DNA of 64,000 bases, taken from assembly GCA_041664245.1 (NCBI GenBank), contig JBAYLC010000002.1, forward strand, positions 75,593 to 139,592. The letters are read 5' to 3'. Shown piece after piece: positions 48,862-58,351 of this stretch (position 1 is the stretch's first letter; every line of letters starts with the position of its first letter). The position numbers and the translations under genes are program-made. Below the pieces are notes generated by a model. It was not told the DNA's origin and made no database searches. It was given only the letters and a program-made list of their open reading frames with translations. This stretch comes from Minisyncoccota bacterium. GTDB taxonomy: Bacteria; Patescibacteriota; Minisyncoccia; UBA6257; 2-01-FULL-56-20.

Positions 48862-49497
48862 ATGAATAAAATAAGAAACAGAGAAGGATTTTCGTTCATC
48901 GAAATTATTATTTTTGTGGCGATTGCGGCAGTTTTAATGTTAGTGGTGAATAGTTTGAAAAATAATGTTTCTAGTATTGGGGGTTTTGTTGACCAGAAAC
49001 TTTTATCAAAACAAGATGTTGAGCAAGCGTTGCAAATTATGGTGACAGAAATTAGGTCGGCTGGACCTTCTAGTTTGGGCGCTTATCCGGTTGAGTCGGC
49101 AACGACAAGTTCCTTCGCTTTTTTTAGTGATATAAATAAAGATGGGATTTTTGAGAAGGTGAGATATTTTTTAGCGACGAACGCCGGGACTAGCACAGCA
49201 ACGAGTACCATAAAGAAAGGCGTGATAATTCCGACCGGAAATCCTTTAACGTATGTGACTAGCACTGAGATTATTTCAAAAGTTATTAATAATGTGGTTG
49301 TTTCAACTTCATCTAATCTTTTTGATTATTTTGACAGTTCAGCAACGAGTACGGCAAAAATGATGACCTTGCCGGTGAATGTCCAGAGTATAAGGATTGT
49401 TAGATTTAATATTTACGCTGATTTAAAGCCTGGATCGGCGCCAAAGCCATCGTTTTTTTCCGACGTGGCTAATATAAGGAATTTAAGGAGCAACTGA
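48862..49497 (+). CDS. Minor pilin (PilW/GspJ-like)
   Basis: EG/FSFIEIII, MVTEIRSA, C-terminal IRN. Confidence 0.85.
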   Translation: MNKIRNREGFSFIEIIIFVAIAAVLMLVVNSLKNNVSSIGGFVDQKLLSKQDVEQALQIMVTEIRSAGPSSLGAYPVESATTSSFAFFSDINKDGIFEKVRYFLATNAGTSTATSTIKKGVIIPTGNPLTYVTSTEIISKVINNVVVSTSSNLFDYFDSSATSTAKMMTLPVNVQSIRIVRFNIYADLKPGSAPKPSFFSDVANIRNLRSN

Positions 49498-49534
49498 GTG
49501 TGTATCAAGTATCAAGTGTCAGGTATCAAGAATT

Positions 49535-50992
49535 ATGAATAAAGAATTAAGAATTAAGAATAAGAGTGGAGCTTGCGGGCAGTTGTCGCTTGAGGTTTTG
49601 TTTTTTGCGACGATTGTAGTGATTTTGATAACCGGATTTATTTTTCTTGCCCTGACTTTTCTAAAACTTTCGGTTAGAGATTTTAATAAGACATCAGCGT
49701 TTACGGTAGCAGAATCAGGGATCGAATATTATCGCTGGCATTTGGCTCATGCGCCGACGGATTATAAAGATGGAACAAACAATCCCGGGCCTTATGTCCA
49801 TGATTATTATGATAAAGACGGGAATTTAATCGGTCACTTTTCTTTAGAAATTACTCCGCCGCCGACTGGTTCAACGATTGTTAAGATTAGAAGCACGGGA
49901 ACGGTGACAGCGGATAGTTCAATTCAAAAAATTATTGAAGTGAAGCTGGGTATTCCGTCTTTTGCTAAGTATGCGATTGCAGCAAATGATAATATGCGTT
50001 TTGGAGCGGGAACGGAGGTTTTTGGAGAAATTATTTCAAACGGAGGAATTAGGTTTGATGGGTTAGCCCATAACTTAGTGCAGAGCGCGCTTGGCTCTTA
50101 TACCGATCCGGATTCGCCCTATGATTCGGCTTTTGGAGTTCATACCCATTTAGCGCCGGCGGATCCATCGCCGTCGTCAACAGTGCCAAATCGTCCAGAT
50201 GTTTTTATGGCCGGAAGAAATTTTCCGGTACCGGCGGTGAACTTTTCTGGGATGACGCAAGATTTATCAACGCTTAGGGATTTGGCGTCTTCGAGCGGAG
50301 TTTATGCGACTAGTTCGGGAGCATTTGGCTGGGAATTAGTTTTAAATTCGAATGATACTTACACGGTTTATAAGGTAACGGCACTTACGGCGGCGCCTTC
50401 GGGGTGTACTAATTATTTAAGCCAAAGTGGATGGGGAACGTGGAGTATCTCAACTAAGACAACGTCCACCTCGGGAGCGGTACCCGCAAACGGCATTTTC
50501 TTTTTCGAAGATAATCTGTGGGTTAGGGGACAGATAAATGGACAAAGAGTGACGGTGGCTTCTGGTAAATTTCCGGATGTGCCGGCCAATCGAACCAGTA
50601 TCACATTAAACAGTAATCTTCTATATACAAAATATGACGGAACTGATTCGATCGGGCTGATTGCGCAGAACAATATTAATATTGGATTGGTTAGCGCTGA
50701 CAATTTGCGAATTGACGCAGCGATGATTGCCCAGAACGGACGGGTGGGGCGTTACTATTACCGGCCACCAGGCGGCGGCTCAAATAGGTGCGATCCATAT
50801 GATACGCGGCAGAGCATAACTTCTTACGGAATGATTGGAAGTAATGTTCGTTATGGATTTGCTTATACTGACGATACTGGTTATCTGACTAGAAATTTAA
50901 TTTATGATTCTAATTTGCTTTACGCGCCACCGCCGAGTTTTCCTTTGGCGAGCGATAGATATTCGCAGATTTCGTGGGAGGAAATTCGATAA
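49535..50992 (+). CDS. PilX-like minor pilin
   Basis: G/QLSLEVL, AFTVAESGIEY, IRSTG, C-terminal YDSNLLYAPPPSFP..WEE. Confidence 0.85.
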   Translation: MNKELRIKNKSGACGQLSLEVLFFATIVVILITGFIFLALTFLKLSVRDFNKTSAFTVAESGIEYYRWHLAHAPTDYKDGTNNPGPYVHDYYDKDGNLIGHFSLEITPPPTGSTIVKIRSTGTVTADSSIQKIIEVKLGIPSFAKYAIAANDNMRFGAGTEVFGEIISNGGIRFDGLAHNLVQSALGSYTDPDSPYDSAFGVHTHLAPADPSPSSTVPNRPDVFMAGRNFPVPAVNFSGMTQDLSTLRDLASSSGVYATSSGAFGWELVLNSNDTYTVYKVTALTAAPSGCTNYLSQSGWGTWSISTKTTSTSGAVPANGIFFFEDNLWVRGQINGQRVTVASGKFPDVPANRTSITLNSNLLYTKYDGTDSIGLIAQNNINIGLVSADNLRIDAAMIAQNGRVGRYYYRPPGGGSNRCDPYDTRQSITSYGMIGSNVRYGFAYTDDTGYLTRNLIYDSNLLYAPPPSFPLASDRYSQISWEEIR

Positions 50993-51095
50993 GAATAGAG
51001 AATTATGAATTACGGGAAATGAAAATAGAGACTTAAGAGCTGGCACGAATGATGCGGATTACACGCGAATGACGCGAAATGGTAAAATTAAAGCT

Positions 51096-51557
51096 ATGAA
51101 AAAATCAGGATTTTCGATAATCGAACTTTTGATTTCGATGGCGATTTTGGTGGTGGTAATGGCGATTGGGATTATCGCTTTTAATCCGGCAAAACAGTTT
51201 GCAGGCGCGAGGAATTCCAAACGAATGACCGATTTAAACTCCATCTTGGTGGCGGTTCAGCAAAATATCGCCGATACAAATCAAGGCGGAGTTTTTTCTT
51301 GCGGAGTGGGGGACATTCCAACCACAACCAAGAGAATGGCTAATGGTGCCGGTAAATATGATATTGCTCCTTGCTTGATTCCTATTTATCTTTCGAGCTT
51401 ACCCTTTGATTCAAGTACGTCTTCGGCTCACTATGCAAGTGTGGCGGATTACGATACAGGCTATAACATTTTGCGGAGCGTGGTTGGCACTTCAAGTCAA
51501 ATAATAATAAGTGCGCCGGCGGCGGAGTTAGGGAAGACAATTTCGGTTACCCGCTGA
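51096..51557 (+). CDS. Type IV pilin
   Basis: SG/FSIIELLISMAIL, NPAKQFAGARNSKRMTDL. Confidence 0.9.
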   Translation: MKKSGFSIIELLISMAILVVVMAIGIIAFNPAKQFAGARNSKRMTDLNSILVAVQQNIADTNQGGVFSCGVGDIPTTTKRMANGAGKYDIAPCLIPIYLSSLPFDSSTSSAHYASVADYDTGYNILRSVVGTSSQIIISAPAAELGKTISVTR

Positions 51558-51694
51558 CCTACGCGGACAGGACGCAGACAAAACGCAGAAGCAGCAAAGA
51601 ACAGACGCAGATGAACGCGGAGCGGGTTTGATTTCTAAAAATATTTTTTGTATTGTTATTTTAGTAACTGAAATTGATAGAAGGAGGTGAAAAA

Positions 51695-51892
51695 ATGGCG
51701 CGTCGACAGGATCTTTTGAGTGGAAACGGAGTTTCGATTGATTTGGCAGGAACAGCAAAAGAGGCCAACAGAAATGTTGATCGGGATGAAGGAGTTCCGG
51801 TTCATGCTTGTGGGTTGGTGAGTCATCGGGATTGTCCATGCTGGATTTGCACTAAAAACGGTTGTGCTGCTTGCCTAGCATCCCTACTCTAA
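51695..51892 (+). CDS. Small Cys/His-rich protein
   Basis: AAGGAGGTG SD, 65 aa, HAC..H.DCPCWIC....CAAC; terminator near 51916-51948. Confidence 0.65.
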   Translation: MARRQDLLSGNGVSIDLAGTAKEANRNVDRDEGVPVHACGLVSHRDCPCWICTKNGCAACLASLL

Positions 51893-51971
51893 TTCTTGTT
51901 CTGCTGATGGTTATGAGGTGGCGCTATTTGGTGCCGCCTTTAATTTTTTTCGGGGAATTCTTCAACTAGAA

Positions 51972-53078
51972 TCAGGATTTCAGATTTTCGATGATAGCTA
52001 CCTCAAGAGGGACTATGGCAAAAGGAGAGTAGCGGATTTCGGTGTAGGCGCGAATTAAAGATTTTATAATTTTGACTTGGAGATCGATTTCGCCGAGCGC
52101 GGTTAAGCGTTTCAGGTGGTTTATTTCTTCAACGGTCAAGTCGCCTTCAAAAAATTTTTCTAAATTTGGATTGGTTTTAAGGCTTAAAATTTTTCGGAAG
52201 TAGTGGATTAAATCTTTGGTGAGCTGGGTTAGATTGTGGCCTTCTTCGTTAAGGTTGCCGAGATATTCGAGCGATTTCGGGAGATCTTTTTTGAGAATTA
52301 ATTCCGAGAGTTCCGAGACTTTCTTTAGGCCGACGCGGCCGGTCAAAGCTTCGGCTAAATTTAAATCTATTTTTTTATCGGACGAACTAAGCTGGTCCAA
52401 AATCGATTCGGCATCGCGGAAACTGCCCTCGCCGGCGGCGGCAACAACCTCAAGAGCGTTTTTTTCTATTTCAATTTTTTCAGCTTTAACGATTAAGAAA
52501 AGTTTTTCCAAAATTTTTGTTTTGGGAAGTTTTTTAAAAACAAAGCGCTGGACGCGGGAGGTGATGGTGGGAGGAAGTTTTTCGTATTCGGTGGTAGCTA
52601 AAACGAAAACGGCGTGAGCGGGGGGTTCTTCCAGGGTTTTTAAAAGAGCGTTGAAGGCGGCGCCGGTTAACATGTGGACTTCGTCGATGATGTAGACCTT
52701 GTAACGGCCGCCGGCGGGGGAAGTGGCGATATTTTCTTTCAGGTTGCGGATTTCATCGATGCCGCGATTAGAGGCGGCGTCGATTTCGACAACGTCAAAA
52801 GAATTACCTTCGTCGATGCCGCGGCAGGAAAAACATTCGCCGCAGGGTTCGCCAAGAGCTTTAAATTTTTCGTCGGTGGCGCGTTTTTCACAGTTTAGAA
52901 GTTTGGCGATTAGGCGAGCGGTGGTAGTTTTGCCGGTTCCTCGCGGGCCGTAGAAAAGATAGGCGTGGCCAATCCGGTCGGTTCGGGCGGCGTTTTGAAT
53001 AATCTGGATATTGGTTTCCTGGCCTAAAACTTCGCTTAATTTTTTAGGGCGGTATTTTCGATAGAGGGCGAGGGACAT
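51972..53078 (-). CDS. dnaX: DNA polymerase III gamma/tau (short form)
   Basis: LYRKYRP, GPRGTGKTT, EIDAASNRG, IDEVHML. Confidence 0.96.
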   Translation of the reverse strand: MSLALYRKYRPKKLSEVLGQETNIQIIQNAARTDRIGHAYLFYGPRGTGKTTTARLIAKLLNCEKRATDEKFKALGEPCGECFSCRGIDEGNSFDVVEIDAASNRGIDEIRNLKENIATSPAGGRYKVYIIDEVHMLTGAAFNALLKTLEEPPAHAVFVLATTEYEKLPPTITSRVQRFVFKKLPKTKILEKLFLIVKAEKIEIEKNALEVVAAAGEGSFRDAESILDQLSSSDKKIDLNLAEALTGRVGLKKVSELSELILKKDLPKSLEYLGNLNEEGHNLTQLTKDLIHYFRKILSLKTNPNLEKFFEGDLTVEEINHLKRLTALGEIDLQVKIIKSLIRAYTEIRYSPFAIVPLEVAIIENLKS

Positions 53079-53170
53079 TTCTGAATTATTATAAGGGGTA
53101 AAATTAAATCTAACAACTTTTGAGATTATTTGATTTATAATTAATTTATGCCATAATTTTTCTATCTTTT

Positions 53171-54472
53171 ATGAAAGTTCGAGTTCTTCTTTGGGTTTTA
53201 TTGGGAGCGGCTCTTTTGGGCCTTTTTTTGTTTTTGGCGTTTAGCGGACCAAGGGTGATTGATGTGAAGTCCTCAAAAGCAAATGTCTTGGATTCTGCGG
53301 AAGAAAGTTTAATTGATTTGGAATTGCAGACCAACATCGCGCCGACTTCGACTTCCAGTAGTACAAATCCGCCGGTTTTACCAACTGGGGTTAACTCGGA
53401 CATACCAAACCAACCACAACTGGCCAGTCCGCCGGCGGTGATTAAGTCGGTTTACGCGACAGGTTGGTCGGCCGGGTCGGCTTCGCAGATTAATCACCTG
53501 GTTGATTTGATTAATCAAACAGAGTTGAATGCAATTATTATTGATATCAAAGATTATTCAGGATTTGTTTCTTATCATATTAGTAGCCCCTTAATACAGG
53601 AGAGCGGGGCAGATAAGGAAATTAGAATTTTACAACCAAACATTTTAATAAAAAGACTTCACGATAATGGGATTTATGTGATTGCCAGAATTTCAACTTT
53701 TCAGGACGGGATTTTAGCGGTGGCTCATCCGGAATGGGCGCTTAAAGATAAAACAACCGGTAAAATTTGGCGGGACAATAAGGGTTTGGCATGGATGGAT
53801 CCGACTTCTAAAAATGTTTGGGATTATAACATTGCCATTGCTCGTGACGCACTTAGCCGGGGATTTGATGAGATAAATTTTGATTACGTGAGGTTTCCGT
53901 CGGATGGCGGCTTGAGTAGGATTGAATTTCCGGTTTGGGATCAGAAAAAGCCGATGGATTTAGCAATTAAAGATTTTTTCAAATACCTAAGGGAGAATTT
54001 GGGTCAAGCGAAACTTTCCGCAGATCTCTTTGGTTTAACGACAGTTGATTATACCGATTTGGGTATTGGGCAGATCATCGAGAATGCGTTTCCGTATTTT
54101 GATTATATTGACCCAATGGTTTATCCATCTCACTATGCATCTGGAGCTTTCGGACTTAAGAAGCCGGCTCTTTATCCGTATGAAGTAGTAAAAAATTCGA
54201 TTACGGTGGCGGTGAAGCGGCTTATCAAATACAACCAACCAGCCTTGCCGGTGACATCGTCTTCCATAGCAACTTCTACGCCGAAAATTAAGGAGGATTA
54301 CGGAGTGAGGGCGAAGATCAGGCCGTGGCTTCAGGACTTTGATTTAGGAATGGTTTATGACGCCAAGGCCGTGAGGGCGCAGATTACGGCCAGCGACGAG
54401 GGCGGCGGTTCGGGATGGATGCTTTGGGATCCAAGAAATGTTTATACAAGGGAAGCATTGCTTACGCAGTAA
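53171..54472 (+). CDS. Putative glycoside hydrolase (DUF4015-like), membrane-anchored
   Basis: TELNAIIIDIKD, WMDP, GFDEINFDYVRFPSDG, PMVYPSHY, IRPWLQDF. Confidence 0.85.
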   Translation: MKVRVLLWVLLGAALLGLFLFLAFSGPRVIDVKSSKANVLDSAEESLIDLELQTNIAPTSTSSSTNPPVLPTGVNSDIPNQPQLASPPAVIKSVYATGWSAGSASQINHLVDLINQTELNAIIIDIKDYSGFVSYHISSPLIQESGADKEIRILQPNILIKRLHDNGIYVIARISTFQDGILAVAHPEWALKDKTTGKIWRDNKGLAWMDPTSKNVWDYNIAIARDALSRGFDEINFDYVRFPSDGGLSRIEFPVWDQKKPMDLAIKDFFKYLRENLGQAKLSADLFGLTTVDYTDLGIGQIIENAFPYFDYIDPMVYPSHYASGAFGLKKPALYPYEVVKNSITVAVKRLIKYNQPALPVTSSSIATSTPKIKEDYGVRAKIRPWLQDFDLGMVYDAKAVRAQITASDEGGGSGWMLWDPRNVYTREALLTQ

Positions 54473-54490
54473 GCATGCAATATGTAGTAT

Positions 54491-55858
54491 GTGACAAAGA
54501 TGGTTAAGAAGATATTTTACACACCAATTCCGTCGTGGTTTCTGATTTTTATCGTGGTGGTTATCATCAGCGGATTTTTGATGATGATGAGGTATCTTGG
54601 TGGTGGAGTGAGCGACTACCATCTTTCGTTTGATGGAGATGAAATTACGGGATTGCCGTTTGAATACGGTTCCTGGCCGGCTTTGGGAAACGCGGATTTT
54701 TTTTCGAAAATCAGAAAAGAGTTTGCGGATAAAAAAATTGATTTTATTGAAGCGGATCTCTCGGCGATGAAATTAAAAGTTTATAACGCAGGGGTGATAG
54801 TAAAGGAATTTCCGATTTTAACAAAAGGAAAGGAGGGCTCGTGGTGGGAAACGCCGGCGGGAATTTATCGGGTGCAAAGTAAAGAAAAGGATCATTTTTC
54901 ATCATTTGGTCAAGTTTATCAGCCTTGGAGTATGGCTTTTCAAGGAAATTTTTTTATTCACGGTTGGCCGTATTATCCAAACGGAACACCGGTTAAGTCC
55001 ACTTATTCGGGTGGATGTATAAGGTTGTCGACCGAAGACGCGAAGGCGGTTTTTGATTTAGTTAAAGTAGGGACGCCGGTTTTAGTTTTTGAAAAAGATT
55101 TTACGGCGGATGATTTCAAATATACGGCAAAGTTGCCGGAAATTTCCGCATCAAGCTATTTGGCGGCGGACTTAAAGAATAATTTTGTATTTTTAGGAAA
55201 AAAATCCCAAGAAGTGATGCCAATTGCTTCGATTACAAAACTAATAACCGCGGTAGTGGCGACCGAATATATTGATATTGAAAAAGAGGTGACTGTGTTG
55301 AATAGCGCGATTGTTCTGACTTCAAAACCACGACTTTGGGCGGGTCAGCGAATTTCAGTTTTTAATCTTCTTTTTCCGTTGCTTGAAGAATCATCAAATG
55401 AGGCGGCGGTGACGTTGGCTAATAATCTTGGCTCAATTAGATTTGTTGATTTGATGAATAATAAAGCGAAGGCGCTCGGAATGAGCGAGACGAAATTCAC
55501 CGACCCAGCCGGATCGGAAGAGGGGAATGTTTCTACGGCTGAAGATCTTTTTAATATGGCGAAGTATTTTTATAACAACCGAAGTTTTATTTTGAAAATA
55601 AGCGCGGGGAAATTAAGCGACTCCGCTTATGGCGAGCCGCTTTATGGTGATATTGAAAACTTCAACGTTTTTAAGGACGATCCGGATTTTGTGGGCGGCA
55701 AGGTCGGGAAAACCAATCCAGCCAAGGAAACAATTGTTTCAATTTTTGATTTGATGATTAACGGGACGCGCCGGCCGATAGTGATTATTGCGCTTGGATC
55801 GGAGGATAGCGCGAAAGACGCGACGAATATACTTAATTATATTAGGACGAATTATTAA
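54491..55858 (+). CDS. L,D-transpeptidase (YkuD) fused to a peptidase S11 D,D-carboxypeptidase
   Basis: ETPAG..IHGWP..SGGCIRL; ASITKL, SSN, KVG. Confidence 0.85.
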   Translation: MTKMVKKIFYTPIPSWFLIFIVVVIISGFLMMMRYLGGGVSDYHLSFDGDEITGLPFEYGSWPALGNADFFSKIRKEFADKKIDFIEADLSAMKLKVYNAGVIVKEFPILTKGKEGSWWETPAGIYRVQSKEKDHFSSFGQVYQPWSMAFQGNFFIHGWPYYPNGTPVKSTYSGGCIRLSTEDAKAVFDLVKVGTPVLVFEKDFTADDFKYTAKLPEISASSYLAADLKNNFVFLGKKSQEVMPIASITKLITAVVATEYIDIEKEVTVLNSAIVLTSKPRLWAGQRISVFNLLFPLLEESSNEAAVTLANNLGSIRFVDLMNNKAKALGMSETKFTDPAGSEEGNVSTAEDLFNMAKYFYNNRSFILKISAGKLSDSAYGEPLYGDIENFNVFKDDPDFVGGKVGKTNPAKETIVSIFDLMINGTRRPIVIIALGSEDSAKDATNILNYIRTNY

Positions 55859-55941
55859 GTTATGTAATACAAAGCATGTAGTATATGTAGTAGGGATGGT
55901 AAAATTTTGAAGTTTTTGATTTTTGAAACATAATAGTAGGA

Positions 55942-56664
55942 ATGAGTTATGAATTAAAAACGGAGCAGTTTTCTGGGCCGATCAGTAAACTCCTGGAATT
56001 AGTGGAGGATCGGAAGATGGAGATTACGGAAATTAGCCTGGCGGCGGTGACGGATGATTTTTTGAATTATCTAAAGACTCTCGAAAAAACAGAGGCGCCT
56101 TTTTTGGCGGATTTTATTATGATTGCCAGCCGGTTAGTTTTTTTGAAATCAAAATCTCTACTTCCCGAAATAGCGATTCCGGATGACGAGGAAGAAAATA
56201 TAAAAGATTTAGAGTTACGACTTAGAATTTATAAAGAAATAAAACCGATAATGAAATTAGTGGACGAACTTTGGCGGAGGCGCGGAACAGAATTGAGCCG
56301 ACCATATTTTTTGAGCCAAGGGATGGAGAGTTTTAAGGATTCGTTCGGCGGATTTTATCCCGGCGCTAATGTCAGCGTGGCAGTGATTAGCCAATCGTTG
56401 AATTCAGTTTTACAGAGTTTTGGGGGTTTGGTTTTCGAACAGGAAGTTTTGCGAGATAAGGTGGTAACGATTGAAGAAAAGATTCAGGAAATAGTGGATT
56501 ATATTCAAAAGGCGGGAAATTCGGCCTTCGTAAGCTTGGTTGGAAAAAAAACCCGAGCGGAAATAATTGTGGTTTTTTTGGCTATCCTTCATTTAGCGCG
56601 AGAACAGAGGGTTCAGCTTGAGCAAAATTCCAGTTTTTCTGATATAATGGTTAAAAAGTTATAG
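55942..56664 (+). CDS. scpA: Segregation/condensation protein A
   Basis: FSGP..LLELV, KSKSLLP, FLAILHL. Confidence 0.9.
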   Translation: MSYELKTEQFSGPISKLLELVEDRKMEITEISLAAVTDDFLNYLKTLEKTEAPFLADFIMIASRLVFLKSKSLLPEIAIPDDEEENIKDLELRLRIYKEIKPIMKLVDELWRRRGTELSRPYFLSQGMESFKDSFGGFYPGANVSVAVISQSLNSVLQSFGGLVFEQEVLRDKVVTIEEKIQEIVDYIQKAGNSAFVSLVGKKTRAEIIVVFLAILHLAREQRVQLEQNSSFSDIMVKKL

Positions 56665-56673
56665 TGGTTACCA

Positions 56674-57243
56674 ATGAATGACGAACAAGATAAAAAACTT
56701 GCGGCTTTAGAAGCCCTTTTATTTGTCCACGGAGAGCCGGTTTCTTTCCAAAAAATCGGGAAAATCATGGATGTTGGGGTGGAAGAAGCCGGGCAATTAG
56801 TCCAAAAACTGGAGGGTGTTTTGACCTCGCCAACAAGCGGATTAAGGATCCTGAGAGACATTGAAAAAGCGCAAATTGTGACCAAGCCGGAATTTGGTGG
56901 AATTTTAGAGCAGTTTATTAAAGAAGAGCTGGATGAGAATTTAACGCCGGCAAGTTTGGAGACGCTTTCAATCGTGGCTTATTTCGGTCCGATTTCTAGA
57001 AGCCGGCTGGAGTATCTTCGGGGAGTGAATTCGGTTTTCACATTGCGGAATTTATTACTAAGGGGTTTAGTTGAAAGATTTCCTGATCCGCATCGAACTA
57101 ATGCTTTTCTTTATAAACCTAGTTTCGAACTTTTAAAACATGTGGGTTTAGGCGGAGTTCAGGAATTACCAGATTACGAAAAGTTCCAATCTGTATTTCA
57201 AAATTTTCAGACGAATCAAAACCAGACTAATTTAGCGACTTAA
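56674..57243 (+). CDS. scpB: Segregation/condensation protein B
   Basis: LEALLFVHGEP, LETLSIVAYFGPISR, RGVNS. Confidence 0.93.
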   Translation: MNDEQDKKLAALEALLFVHGEPVSFQKIGKIMDVGVEEAGQLVQKLEGVLTSPTSGLRILRDIEKAQIVTKPEFGGILEQFIKEELDENLTPASLETLSIVAYFGPISRSRLEYLRGVNSVFTLRNLLLRGLVERFPDPHRTNAFLYKPSFELLKHVGLGGVQELPDYEKFQSVFQNFQTNQNQTNLAT

Positions 57244-57247
57244 TCAG

Positions 57248-58348
57248 ATGACAAAAGAAAATTGGAAAAAAATTATATTAATTGCGGTGGTGGTGACGAC
57301 AACCTTGCTTTTTAATCATAGTTCAAAAAGTGGTTCGGGAACTGGCGAGGGTGTTGTTTATAAAAATCCCGGCAATGAAGTGCAGCCGATTTTGTCAGCT
57401 TCAACTTACGATTCTATCCAGGCCGATCCATTAATTGGGACTTTGAACGCGACGGATTCGGCAACCAACGGTTTGAATAACTCAGGAAATAGCGAGGTAT
57501 CAGCTGGAGTGCCGACGGCTAACGAGTTGAGCAATAACGAAAATGATATCTCGAGGCAAGACGTTGAGCTTAAAGCGGGCCTTCAAGGATTGGGATTTAA
57601 AAAGATAAGAAGTGACTCAATGTTTGATTTCCAGGGCGCGGCGGCAATCGTGAGCGATTTGGAGACGGGAGAAATTTATTTTGATTTTAATCCAACGAGA
57701 TTATGGCCGACAGCGTCGCTTACTAAACTAATGACGGCGGCCACGGCTATGACCGAAGCGAGGATGCCGGAGACGATAGAGTTATTAAACTCTGATTTTG
57801 CTGTTGATTCGCCCGGCGGTTTTTTTCGAGCGGGTGATCGATACAGTTTTGATGATTTTCTGAGAGGAACGTTGATGACTTCCAGTAACGCTGGATCCGA
57901 AGCTTTGGCGAGGATTTTTGGGCGGGAAAACTTCTTGGCTGATATGAATAATTTGGCGAAGGAGTGGGGGCTACAAAATACAGTTTTTAAGGACCCGACC
58001 GGACTTTCAATATCAAACCAGTCAACAGCTTACGACTTGAAAGAGATGGTTTCTAAAATATATCGGGATTATTCCGATATTCTGAAAATGACTAGAAGAA
58101 GCACTTGGGTGGCAATTGAAACCACTTCCAAGAGGCGGGTTAAGTTTGTAAGTAATAATAATTTTGCCGGCCGGGCGGATTTTTTGGGCGGTAAAACTGG
58201 ATACACCGAAGAGGCGAACGGAAATTTGGTTTCTATTTTTTCTTATAGCGGACGGCCGATCATGGTTGTAGTTTTGGGAACAAACGATCGATTTGGAGAA
58301 ACGGGGCGATTACTAAATTGGTTCAAATCCAATTACGCGATTAATTAA
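57248..58348 (+). CDS. D-Ala-D-Ala carboxypeptidase (peptidase S11)
   Basis: ASLTKLMT, SSN, GKTG. Confidence 0.9.
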   Translation: MTKENWKKIILIAVVVTTTLLFNHSSKSGSGTGEGVVYKNPGNEVQPILSASTYDSIQADPLIGTLNATDSATNGLNNSGNSEVSAGVPTANELSNNENDISRQDVELKAGLQGLGFKKIRSDSMFDFQGAAAIVSDLETGEIYFDFNPTRLWPTASLTKLMTAATAMTEARMPETIELLNSDFAVDSPGGFFRAGDRYSFDDFLRGTLMTSSNAGSEALARIFGRENFLADMNNLAKEWGLQNTVFKDPTGLSISNQSTAYDLKEMVSKIYRDYSDILKMTRRSTWVAIETTSKRRVKFVSNNNFAGRADFLGGKTGYTEEANGNLVSIFSYSGRPIMVVVLGTNDRFGETGRLLNWFKSNYAIN

Positions 58349-58351
58349 GCA

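Noticed and set aside
47024-49563. CRISPR array
   Set aside because: The repeats are short tandem heptamers without spacers; no cas genes in the window.
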